A DNA stretch of 64,000 bases. Source: Bdellovibrionales bacterium (lineage in GTDB: Bacteria; Bdellovibrionota; Bdellovibrionia; Bdellovibrionales; UBA1609). The position numbers were made by a program, and so were the translations under genes. Positions 40,526 to 50,118 of the stretch are shown one piece after another. The notes under the pieces are model-generated. The model had not been told where the DNA came from and made no database searches. It saw only the letters and a program-made list of their open reading frames with translations. How positions within the stretch are numbered: position 1 is the first letter of the stretch; every line of letters begins with the position of its first letter. The stretch covers positions 320,001-384,000 of the forward strand of contig CBDCMT010000001.1 in assembly GCA_965219095.1 (NCBI GenBank), given 5' to 3'.

Positions 40526-42773
40526 CTATAGTAATTTACTAAATATTGAATCTAAATATTTATCAGAAACTTCAAATGTTTTTTTTGATGACGGATAATA
40601 TTCATCACTTTCGCAAAAAGAAACCTCTTCTTCCCTTTCTCTGGCTAATTTCTCTAATTCTCCACTAAAATCACTAAGATAACCATAAGTACTTTCTAGA
40701 TCTTCAAGCTCTCCAGAAACCTCTCTTATCTCTTCAGCACTATAATGACACCCACTATATTCTTCACACATGTCTTTAAGATAGCTTAAAACCTCATTCT
40801 CTACATTTTCTTTAGTATTTGAGTCAATTAAGCTAGAGAACATATCAAGGAATTCTTTTATAGAAATATAATCTTTCGCCTCATTAATGTTTGAACAGAT
40901 TGCTTCTTCAGCCGATTTTATTATAGGTTTTTTTATATCAAAATAAAGAAAAGGGTTTTTTTCAAATGCACTAAAGCACAGAAGAACTTCTTGTACAGAA
41001 ATAGGAGAACTATGCATAGGGTTTTGAAGATGTTTTTTAAAGTTATTTAATAGCCCTTTAAAAAAGGCATCATTTTTTTTTTATAAACCCCTTTGAAAGA
41101 TCGAGTTTAAATATAGAAGAAAATATACTTTCAAAGTTTAAGCCATTTCTGCTATTAAGACCAGTAATTTCTAAAATTTTTTCTTGTACACCTGTATCTG
41201 TAAGGATCTTTTCAAAAACCTTATTGCCGGAGGAAAGCAAAAAAAATCTTTCTACCTGCGACGGATAAATAGAAAAACATATTGAGTCACGCATTAAATT
41301 TAAATTTTCTTTAAAATGATTTTCCATAAAATCATTTACAGAAGGATTGGTAAATCGTATTTCATTTTTTCCCTTTTCATAAGATATAAAAGATCTCTCT
41401 GATTCTCTCAATGCTTTCTTAAAGTCATCATAAGAATGTCGATCGTTATCACTGTTTTCAACCATTTTGTTCCGTAAGTAGTTATAGGCTTCTTCTAGCT
41501 TCTCAACAGAAATTCCCCCTCTAAACGAAGCAATAGATAATATTAAGTGTTGAGAGAAGGGACTTAGTTTCTTAAATGCATATTCCCAAATACTTTTTGG
41601 ATTATCTAAGTTAGAAATAAAGTGCTCACTATAATTTTCAGAAGTAATGCCTTGTAAATCTAGATGACTTTTTTCTGTCATTGTTTCTATAAGCCTTGGG
41701 TTGAAATTTTTATGACGAACGACCTTTAGATAGGTTTTCCGTTTAACAAAGTTTTCAATATGAACTTTGTCTATATCAGAGTGAAGTAAGTGATTATAAA
41801 GGATATGCGCCTTATCACAGTCACTATACTTATCTAACTTTAAGATATACTTATTTATATCTAGTGAGCTTTGAGAAAATCTCTCTGAAAAGCTGTATGC
41901 CTGTTGCAAAACATACTCCCTAGTTGTTAATATCATTTTGTGAGTTTTATTATTTCTAGATACCTCATGAAAAAATTTTAAAATTGTAGAGTCTTCATTT
42001 TTCTCTAAATGATTTTCAAGAAAAGTCATTCCTAAAAAATCATCATAATAGAATATGGTTTGTCTCCTAGAGTTTAAAAACCTATAACCTTCCTGAATAT
42101 TGCTGGAAATTTTAAAAAAATTATACCCTCTTCCGATATAATAAAGACATAACATTTCAGCTAGCGTAGTTTTGCCCACTCCTGGTTCTCCTGAAATAAT
42201 GCAAAAATTTTTATCATCTAAAAACTTTCTAGTGTCTTCAAAAGATCTATTATTTACGTAAACTTTTAATTTTTCTTTTAACTGTTTTTCCTGTATTTGT
42301 GACTCAGCAACAACCCCTCTATTTAGAATTTTTTCTAAAATGCTTGTGCTTCCTATCCATAATTTAAAGTGAGACTTCTCTATTTCTGGATATTTTCTTA
42401 GCATTGTATTAACATCTTCATTACCATAGACAGTAGAATTTTCTACGCATTGTCTTAAAATTATTAAAAGATCTTCTTTCTGACGTGGACTAAGCTTACA
42501 TGATGTCGCTAGAGTATAATGAGAAAGTTTTAATTCTTTAATTTTAGTTATCTCTTTTGTTTTAATCTGAGATTTTAATGAATGGAAGTTACTATAATGC
42601 TTGCATTAAATAATATGTTGCTCTCCACTTTTCTCATAAAATCTTGCATCAATTCCTTGATCTTTTCCTAATTTAAAACTTTCTATATGAGGAATATCAA
42701 GGTGCTTTTGCAATAAATCGACCATTAAGGATTCAAAGTCTAAAGGAGATAAGTTATCAAAAGTGTAGCTCAT
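40526..42773 (-). pseudogene. Mrr-like nuclease + STAND (nSTAND3-like) NTPase defence gene, disrupted
   Basis: MSYTFDNLSPLDFE..GKDQGID..II*CKHY (TAA at 42606-42608); GEPGVGKTT, YDDFLG, ILTTRE and NPRLI motifs; frameshift in the T10 run 41073-41082. Confidence 0.8.
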
Positions 42774-42811
42774 GGTTTTTTCTTTTAAGATTAGGACGTT
42801 TATGGCAAAAA

Positions 42812-43114
42812 TTAATACACCGTAAAACTAATAAAATCAATTATACTTTGAGCTCCAAAACCAATGGCTGAACCCACTAAAGCATAGATAATATGTTGTT
42901 TTGCGTTAGGGTTTCCTGTAATGAAGCTAAAAGTCGCTACCACAAGTCCTATGACAGAAACAACAGGCAAAATCACCCCTGTAAGCCTTGATTTTATCCC
43001 TATGAGAGAAGACTCAAGGCTTGCTATGGCTTGTTCTTCAAAAAGCCACAGAAAAACTCCTGTTAGCAAAATAAGCTCTAAAAATCCAGCTATCCTTTTT
43101 ACTCTATTTACCAT
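42812..43114 (-). CDS. VirB2/TrbC-like pilin
   Basis: Leader ending AIA-S followed by two hydrophobic helices. Confidence 0.75.
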   Translation of the reverse strand: MVNRVKRIAGFLELILLTGVFLWLFEEQAIASLESSLIGIKSRLTGVILPVVSVIGLVVATFSFITGNPNAKQHIIYALVGSAIGFGAQSIIDFISFTVY

Positions 43115-43556
43115 CCTTTTCCTCCTTAGCTCTCAATTCTTGAGCGTTTTTCTCCTCTATAGGTTCAAGTTTCATGTAAATGTCGTTTGCTCCAAAAAAA
43201 TCCCAGCTTAACTGCATAAACCCTTTATTTTCTCCCATAAGGATTTTTCCCTCTCCTACACTGCTCCAGTAATATTTTTTATCAGGAGTTGGAGAAGGTT
43301 CCCGTGTGAGAATCACGTACTCATACTTGTGAGGATTTCTATTTTCAGGAAGAAGATAAAACTTAGAGCCTAAGAGAGTTTTAATGAATACATGATAGGT
43401 TTTAGCTCCTTCAAAAATACGAGCCTGCCCTAGAGTTCTTTTCTTTCTTATTTTTCCATAACTGTCTGTCACCCCTTTAAAGATTTCAAAAGATTTACAT
43501 TCTGGTTTTATATTGAGTCTTTCTTCAAGATTGATGATATTTTCCTGTATTGTCAT
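43104..43556 (-). CDS. Hypothetical protein
   Basis: ORF with AAGGAG RBS in the tra operon. Confidence 0.65.
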   Translation of the reverse strand: MTIQENIINLEERLNIKPECKSFEIFKGVTDSYGKIRKKRTLGQARIFEGAKTYHVFIKTLLGSKFYLLPENRNPHKYEYVILTREPSPTPDKKYYWSSVGEGKILMGENKGFMQLSWDFFGANDIYMKLEPIEEKNAQELRAKEEKDGK

Positions 43557-43839
43557 AAAAATATACTCCTTTCGTGGTTAATATCTTTTTCTTTTGTGTA
43601 TGGACTTCTGATAGATTCTTTCTTAATTTGCTAAGGGCTTGAGTGATAAGTTTATCTGTCCTAGGCCATGACATATGGAGAGTTTTTCCTATTTCAAACG
43701 TATCCATTTCTTTCCAAAACTTGCAGTAAATTGCTATCCTCTCTTTTCTTTCTAAGAAACAAAGCTCTTTTTTAAGTTCTTCAAATACTGTTTCTGAAAA
43801 AAGCATACACCTCACCCTATAAAGCACTGGGATAAGCAT
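43525..43839 (-). CDS. Sigma70 region-4-like HTH protein
   Basis: L..KER.AI...FW.....EIG..L.........ALSKLR. Confidence 0.62.
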   Translation of the reverse strand: MLIPVLYRVRCMLFSETVFEELKKELCFLERKERIAIYCKFWKEMDTFEIGKTLHMSWPRTDKLITQALSKLRKNLSEVHTQKKKILTTKGVYFYDNTGKYHQS

Positions 43840-44108
43840 AGACTTAGACCTTGATAAAGAAATGAAACTAATCTCAGAAAAATCACTAGAAGAACTAAAG
43901 AGAGGGTAATAATCCTTTAGGGCTTCTTTGTAACTTCAAGGTCTGTATTCCATAGGCTTTGGCAGACCACTTTTTGAAGCCCCTAAGATTTTTTACCCCT
44001 CTACTTATGGGAGGCGACCTACAAAAATCGCTCTTTTTCGGCATTTTTTACGCATGTCGTCTTTTGCAAGTTACTGAAAAGATAGGGGAAAAAATTTTTC
44101 ATTTTTTT

Positions 44109-44663
44109 TCAACACCTGCACTTTTTTTCGCCATTTTGAGGTTTTTGAGCAAAATAGCTTTCGATCTTTTTTAAAGCCCTTTTTCTTAAATTGTGGACAT
44201 TTCCCAAGCCTATCCCAAGGGTTTCGGCTGTCTCTTTACGAGTTCTGTTATGCCAAAACAGGTATCGTATGACTTGCCTTTCTCTTGTGGTTAGAAGTTT
44301 CATAGCAGGCCGTATTTTATCCTTAAGCCCCCTTGTGCTTTCTTCTTGAGAGCTGACATTTTCAAAAATAGACTCCGTCATTTTTGCACAAGCCTTTTGG
44401 TATCTTTTAAAGCCTATTTGGGTTTCTTTGAGAGGAATCTCTATGTTCTCTACTAAGTAATTTTCCCATTCCTCTGGACTCCAATTCCTAGAGAGTCTTC
44501 TTAGTTCTTTTTCTGACATGATTTTGTTTATCATGTGATCTTGTATTTTTTTCATCTTTACCTCCTGAAAGTTTTCTTTTTTCTCATAGAGAAAGACCTT
44601 GTTTTTTAATAGTGCTTTAGTTTTTAGACGAAGTTTGAAATCAATGGCAAGAAAAAAAAGCAA
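44109..44663 (-). CDS. Sigma70 region-4 HTH protein, probable tra activator (start probably 44555)
   Basis: LTTRERQVI..LF......ETA..LGI....V.....RALKKI; GGAGG RBS. Confidence 0.75.
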   Translation of the reverse strand: MLFFLAIDFKLRLKTKALLKNKVFLYEKKENFQEVKMKKIQDHMINKIMSEKELRRLSRNWSPEEWENYLVENIEIPLKETQIGFKRYQKACAKMTESIFENVSSQEESTRGLKDKIRPAMKLLTTRERQVIRYLFWHNRTRKETAETLGIGLGNVHNLRKRALKKIESYFAQKPQNGEKKCRC

Positions 44664-44677
44664 GTGATTTTAAATAC

Positions 44678-44803
44678 TTTTCAACTCTGAAAAGAATTCT
44701 CCTTTTTCTTTTCAGAACTGAAAACTATTTTTTATGTCGTTAAGAAAAGTTTCCAGATTAGGATAAAATCTTCAATAAAGTTTCCAGTTCTGGAAACTTT
44801 ATT
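44678..44803. promoter_or_regulatory. Array of four related palindromic operators
   Basis: ttttcaactctgaaaa, ttttcagaactgaaaa, aaagtttccag.., aataaagtttccag-tt-ctggaaactttatt. Confidence 0.65.
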
Positions 44804-44870
44804 TTCTAAATAAATGGACTTCATCTTTTCTTTGTGCTAGACCTAATCTCCTTAAAGTAAGGAGACGAAC

Positions 44871-45701
44871 ATGGATATAGTTTCAATTTATAAAAACAAA
44901 GAAAAAAGACAAGAGTCTTTTTCTCATGAGGAAAAACAAGCTCAAATTATCTCTGAATTGAAAGAGCTTCTCAAAAACTATCTTGCAAAAAATCCCAACA
45001 TCACAGCTAATGCCTTTTGTCTAAAAAACAACCTTTCTTCTTCTACAGTGAATAACCTTTTAACAGGCGTTACAAAGAAATATGTTTCTTCTGAGGTGGC
45101 TCGTAAGATTGTTTGTGGAGTCAATAGAGGAGAAACTATAGGGTACATTCTTCGTAACACTGAGGGAGTCTTAGGAGAATTCTTAAGAAGAAAATACGCA
45201 TCTTTAGTCAATGTAGAGATTGAAGGTACTTATCCTGAAAATATAGAAAGAACCCTTAATACACGCAATGCAAGACTTGTTATGATGCTGGCTCATAACA
45301 AGAGAGGCACAACAAGAAAAGAAATTTCTGAGAATCTAGATAAGTTTGCTCTAGATTCTTTAGAAAAAATGCTTTCCGAAGGTGTTCTCCATGAAGATGA
45401 AAAGGGCATCATTACAGGGAAATCTCCACATATTTATCTTAATAATGAAATCACAAAAGAGCTTATTCAAGAGGTGAATTATTTTCTGAAGCCTTGTGAA
45501 GAAAATGATAGTCAAGTCAAAATTTTATGGGGGAGACTTTCAGATAAAAAAAGAAAAAAGCAAAAAGAGATTTTACTTGAAGCTATTGAAAAAATAAGGG
45601 AGCTTTATAAAGAAGAGGATTTAGATGGAGAACCTACATTTGTCACAATAACAGCAGATACCTTATCACAACCAAAAAACAACAAAGGAAAATTAAAATG
45701 A
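44871..45701 (+). CDS. HTH regulator, TIGR02147-like architecture; probable ICE repressor
   Basis: N-terminal HTH (LSSSTVNNLLTG), central winged helix; divergent from the tra operon. Confidence 0.55.
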   Translation: MDIVSIYKNKEKRQESFSHEEKQAQIISELKELLKNYLAKNPNITANAFCLKNNLSSSTVNNLLTGVTKKYVSSEVARKIVCGVNRGETIGYILRNTEGVLGEFLRRKYASLVNVEIEGTYPENIERTLNTRNARLVMMLAHNKRGTTRKEISENLDKFALDSLEKMLSEGVLHEDEKGIITGKSPHIYLNNEITKELIQEVNYFLKPCEENDSQVKILWGRLSDKKRKKQKEILLEAIEKIRELYKEEDLDGEPTFVTITADTLSQPKNNKGKLK

Positions 45702-46237
45702 AAAAAATATTATTTGTAACATTAACTCTTATCTTCACTCAAGTTGCTTTAGGTTTTGTAAATAATGAGCTAAATGAAAATCCAGAAATTAAAATCCATG
45801 AAGGTTCAGAAATAGAAAGTCATTGCTTTCCTTCAACTGATAAAGAAAACCCTTGTGAAAACCCCATTATTCTAGGTGGAGAAGGTGGTACAAACCCTCC
45901 TAAAAGTAAAGATAAGAGAGATAAAGGTGACTATGGAATTTATTTCCTTTCTGATGGCTCTGAGGATTATGGCTTTGAGGGTGATAGTGAGCTTGTGGTC
46001 ATTCATTTAAAGCATGAGATAACAAGACTTGTCAGGGAAAATGAGGGTATTTTTGACGTGAGCTTTTTATTAAGTGAGCTTGGCAAGAAATATCCTCACT
46101 TCAATCTTACAGAAAAAAATATTTTAGAAATTTATGAGCAAGATAGCTATAGTTTATTTAGTTTTGACTTCTCTAAGCCTTTTAATCTAGTATCAGGTGG
46201 CAGAAATGATGTTAGTGGCGGGGAAGGTGGAAATTAG
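45698..46237 (+). CDS. Secreted acidic hypothetical protein
   Basis: Signal peptide; GGEGG motif twice. Confidence 0.62.
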   Translation: MKKILFVTLTLIFTQVALGFVNNELNENPEIKIHEGSEIESHCFPSTDKENPCENPIILGGEGGTNPPKSKDKRDKGDYGIYFLSDGSEDYGFEGDSELVVIHLKHEITRLVRENEGIFDVSFLLSELGKKYPHFNLTEKNILEIYEQDSYSLFSFDFSKPFNLVSGGRNDVSGGEGGN

Positions 46238-46270
46238 AAACTTTAAACATTTATATTTTTAAAATTATTC

Positions 46271-48595
46271 TTGAAAGAGGGCGATTTATTGATAAAAAAA
46301 ATTATTAACATAAAAAATCTTGGTATATTTAAAGATTATAATTCACCCAGTTCTTTACCTGAATTTAAGAGATATAACCTTATTTACGGTTGGAATGCAT
46401 CTGGAAAAACTACGTTATCAAAACTGTTTGAATCTCTAGAAACTGGGGCGAACAAGGATTTTCCAGATTTAAAATATAAAATAAAAGTTTCTAACTCTCC
46501 AAGTAAAGAGATAAAAGAGAGCATTGCTTATCCAAAAAAAATAAAAATCTTTAATAAGGAGTATATTGCAAAAAATGTTCAAATTGAGGAAGGTCGAGCA
46601 AAGGCCATAGTTTTTCTTGGGGAAGATAATAAGAAATTATCTGAAGAAATAAAAACAGATGAAGAGAGCCTTACGAAACTTAAAAAGGAACTAGAAGAAT
46701 TACAAAAAAATGAAAAAAAAACAGAAAAAGCAAAAGGGGAAATATTTACTTCAGTAGCACGTACTATAGGAGAAGCCATAGGCGGAAATGCCAGGAGGGA
46801 TTATAAAAAGAATAATGCAGAAGAAGGGTTTGATACATTTTTTAACAACAAGGGGGTAACTGATGAGATTTTAGATGATGATCAAATAGAAGTTTTTTCA
46901 GATACTTGCAAGCAAGACATTCAAGATAAACTAGATGAAATCTTAACACCTTCTTTTCATATAAATGGAGCTACTAAATCTCTTTCTGAAGCTGTAAATA
47001 CGCTTTTAGACAAAGGCACAAAGCTGTGTCTTCAAAAAATCAATGTAGTAGCTATTGAAAGACTGAAAAAGAACTCCGATATTTCAGGATGGGTTGAAAA
47101 AGGACTTTCTTTGTATAAAAAACATAACTCAGAAAATTGTGAATTTTGTGCTCAAGAAATAACAAAAGAGAGATTAAGTGATCTTGAATCTTATTTTAAT
47201 GAGGCCAGTAATAAAGCAAAAAAAGAAATTAACTCCATTTTAGAAAAATTTAGAGAAATTTGTAATGGTATAAAAAATATAAATCCACCAGATAAAGCAC
47301 GACTTTATAAAGAATTTCAAAACCTCTATCAAGAAAGTGTGCAAGCACTTGAACAAAAGAGAGAAAATACCTTAGAAGAAATTAAAGACTTAGAAAAAGT
47401 TTTAAATAATAAAAAGGAGCGAGTGAGCAAAGAAATCGAACTAGAAAACAACGTATCAATATCCGATCTTTTATCTGAAATTGAACCTGTTAATAATTTC
47501 ATTGAACAACATAATGAAAAAACAATAAACTTTGGGGCAAAAAAAATAGAGGCTGAAGACAAGATAAAAAAACATCATTTGGCAAATATTTATAATAATG
47601 TGAAAGAAAAAAATAATGAGCTACAAAGTTTTCAAAACGAAATAAAAAAAATCAATGATGGGAGTAATGAAAGCCCTGGGGCAGCTTTCCTTGAAAAGAA
47701 AATTGAAGCTAACAAATCTAAAATATCTTCAGTTCATAAGAGCTGCAAAGAAATAAATGAAAAACTAAAAGCTTTTTTGGGAAGAGATGAAATTTCTTTT
47801 GAAGTAGGTGAGGGCGACGAATTTTTTTCTCTCAAACGAAGAGGTGAAGATGCAAAATATCTCTGTGAAGGGGAGAAAACAGCAGTGGCTCTGGTGTATT
47901 TTTTAGTTAGCCTAAAAGAAAAAGGAATTGAACTTTCTAACACCATTATTTTTATTGATGATCCAATTTCTAGCTTAGACTCCAATTCAATATCACAAGC
48001 CTTTGCGTTTATAAAAAGAGAGATAGATTCATCATATCAAGTTTTTATTTCTACTCACAATTATAACTTCTTTAAAAAAGTAAAGGGATGGCTGGATGAT
48101 AAAAGAAACAAAGGGTGTAAAGAAAATGAAAAAGCAGAATTTTTTATGGTAAAAAACTTAGTAAGGGATGACAATAGAGAGGCTATAATATGTCCTTTGG
48201 ATGATCTAATAAAAAAATATAATTCAGAATACCAATACCTATTTAGCGTGATCAAGAAAGCAGTAGACAATGAAAGTCTAGATGATGCTAAAGAGTGGTA
48301 CCCTCTTCCTAATATGGCAAGGAAATTTTTAGAAATCTTTCTTGCATTTAAAATTCCTTCAGAAAATGTTTTTAGCTCTCAATTAAGTATGTTTTTTAAA
48401 AAAACAGGCTTTAACGACGCTAGTAAAAGAAATAAAATTGAGAGTTTCCTAAATGAAAAATCACACTTTTTTCCAAATGGAATTGAAGGTTTTGATTTAG
48501 ATAATCTATCCGAGTGTAAAGGAGTTTTACAAGATATACTCCTTTTGGTTGAAAATACAGACAAAGAGCATTATGAAGAACTTAAGAAAATATAA
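46271..48595 (+). CDS. AAA_13 / RloC-like ABC ATPase with zinc hook
   Basis: GWNASGKTT, CEFC hook in a coiled coil, LCEGEK, IDDPISSLD, STHN; C-terminal NMARKFLE and NEKSH. Confidence 0.82.
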   Translation: MKEGDLLIKKIINIKNLGIFKDYNSPSSLPEFKRYNLIYGWNASGKTTLSKLFESLETGANKDFPDLKYKIKVSNSPSKEIKESIAYPKKIKIFNKEYIAKNVQIEEGRAKAIVFLGEDNKKLSEEIKTDEESLTKLKKELEELQKNEKKTEKAKGEIFTSVARTIGEAIGGNARRDYKKNNAEEGFDTFFNNKGVTDEILDDDQIEVFSDTCKQDIQDKLDEILTPSFHINGATKSLSEAVNTLLDKGTKLCLQKINVVAIERLKKNSDISGWVEKGLSLYKKHNSENCEFCAQEITKERLSDLESYFNEASNKAKKEINSILEKFREICNGIKNINPPDKARLYKEFQNLYQESVQALEQKRENTLEEIKDLEKVLNNKKERVSKEIELENNVSISDLLSEIEPVNNFIEQHNEKTINFGAKKIEAEDKIKKHHLANIYNNVKEKNNELQSFQNEIKKINDGSNESPGAAFLEKKIEANKSKISSVHKSCKEINEKLKAFLGRDEISFEVGEGDEFFSLKRRGEDAKYLCEGEKTAVALVYFLVSLKEKGIELSNTIIFIDDPISSLDSNSISQAFAFIKREIDSSYQVFISTHNYNFFKKVKGWLDDKRNKGCKENEKAEFFMVKNLVRDDNREAIICPLDDLIKKYNSEYQYLFSVIKKAVDNESLDDAKEWYPLPNMARKFLEIFLAFKIPSENVFSSQLSMFFKKTGFNDASKRNKIESFLNEKSHFFPNGIEGFDLDNLSECKGVLQDILLLVENTDKEHYEELKKI

Positions 48596-48622
48596 TAAAA
48601 GACTCCCTTTACAATAAATTTT

Positions 48623-48808
48623 TTATTTACAAACGCTCCTATCAAATACAGCAGGACAACCCCAATCCATATCAATAACCTTCATAGTCTCGATCTGCAA
48701 ATGTAGGATCATCTTCATAGGAATTTCAGGCTTCCCCACTAAAGAACAAATCAAAAAGAAGCTCACAATGGCTCCAACTATCCTTGGAATAGAAAATATC
48801 GAAAACAT
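48623..48808 (-). CDS. Small membrane hypothetical protein
   Basis: GGAGG RBS; hydrophobic N-terminus. Confidence 0.5.
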   Translation of the reverse strand: MFSIFSIPRIVGAIVSFFLICSLVGKPEIPMKMILHLQIETMKVIDMDWGCPAVFDRSVCK

Positions 48809-48828
48809 AGCTTTCCCTCCTTGTTAAA

Positions 48829-49299
48829 TTATAATTTATCTTTCCATCGTTTAAATATTCTTTTCACAGTAGTGTGATGCCAAGAGATAACTCCTCTGCG
48901 ATTTTTAAATCCTTTATTTTGAAGCTCTGAGATAATGGCTGTTAAGGAAAGTCCTTTCTTTTTTAAATGAACCACAAGACGACAAACTTTTAACTCCGAC
49001 TGATTCACTAAAAGCTCGCTGTTTTTTCCTCGTCTGAAACCATAAGGGACACGAGGTAAACGGTAATTTTTAGGATTTCTCAACTTTTCCAAAGATCTCT
49101 TAGTAGATATGCCAGAGCGCAACAAAAGTTTTCTGATTTGATGGTTTGAAACATCCAACTGTTTAGCAATCTGGCTTATAGACAGACTCTTTTTTTCATA
49201 AAGTTCCTTAAAAACCTTAGAATCTATGGCTTGTATTTTTGGGAAAAACTCAATAAAATAAACATAATAGAGCAGGTTGTTCTGTTGTCGTGGTCTATC
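48829..49299 (-). CDS. 156-aa HTH + recombinase-domain module fused to the recombinase across attP
   Basis: LSISQIAKQLDVS HTH; VPYGFR....N..E......GLSLTAI...L...G...RRG..W....V.RI; contains no Met. Confidence 0.8.
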   Translation of the reverse strand, partial: DRPRQQNNLLYYVYFIEFFPKIQAIDSKVFKELYEKKSLSISQIAKQLDVSNHQIRKLLLRSGISTKRSLEKLRNPKNYRLPRVPYGFRRGKNSELLVNQSELKVCRLVVHLKKKGLSLTAIISELQNKGFKNRRGVISWHHTTVKRIFKRWKDKL

Positions 49300-49324
49300 C
49301 ACCAACCGTGATAACGGACGAACC
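49275..49324. other. attP-type junction
   Basis: 50-bp imperfect palindrome (14/20 complementary outer pairs) centred on CC 49299-49300, where identity to the tRNA junction begins. Confidence 0.8.
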
Positions 49325-50080
49325 CAGGAACGATTAAGTTCCCTTTCTTTATTTTCTTGAAAAATAGAGTTTTTCTGCTTTGAATCAAGATGAAAATTCT
49401 GTGTTGGTGCTAACCCATAGCACTCCACATAAATTCCTTCACGAGCTACTACCACTTTCCGTAGAATGTTTTTTAAGACTTCTCTTTGTTGACGTGGAGG
49501 GAGATTAGGGAATTTTTTATTAAAAGCTCTTAGCAGAGAAAAGGCACTTCTTAGATCAATAATATTACTTGAAATCATTTTTCTTTCTTGAACGAGGCTT
49601 CCTATCTCTTCTTCTAAAACCTCTTTTTCACTTTCCAGCTCTTCTAGCTTCTTCATAAGAATTTTAGTGGATTTAGCTTTAGGAGCTTCTGAAATCGCTG
49701 AAATGATTCCTTCTATTTTACTTCTTATAGCCTTGTGCTTTTCTTTTACTGACTGTATCAACCCATCTTTATAGCTTGAGTTTTTAAATTTGCCTTCATT
49801 ATTTTCGTAGATAAGAGACTTAAGAAGCTTCTGATCCTCTTTCAATCGCTTCAACCCAGCTAGCACTGCTTCTTCTAGCTGAGGGGCGGAAATGCTTTCT
49901 AAGATACACCGTTGAGTGTGTCTGTCTCCTTGATTGAGCATTTTTCTTTTGTGGCTGTAATAGTAGTATTTTCCGCCTCGTCCTTTTCCTGATTTTCCTA
50001 CAAACTTCTCCCCACATTCTTTGCAGTAAACAAAACCTTTAAGCCTATAATTATGAACATATTTTCTGGTTTCTTTTTTA
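49299..50080. repeat. 782-bp direct repeat, copy 2 (start of a truncated tandem ICE copy)
   Basis: Matches 19188-19969. Confidence 0.95.
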
Positions 50081-50118
50081 GCCTCCTCAAAAGAATCTGT
50101 GGGTTCCCGGGAGGAGCC
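50081..50118 (-). mobile_element. 38-bp ISL3-derived mini element
   Basis: Identical to 4651-4688. Confidence 0.85.

Larger units (their letters stand above)
19188..49300. mobile_element. Integrative conjugative element (~30.1 kb)
   Basis: Serine recombinase, relaxase, coupling protein and VirB4; bounded by CCACCA at 19188 and 49299. Confidence 0.9.

Noticed and set aside
43840..43953. Upstream extension of ORF 43525-43839 through a TGA
   Set aside because: In frame, but no homology evidence available to call it a nonsense mutation
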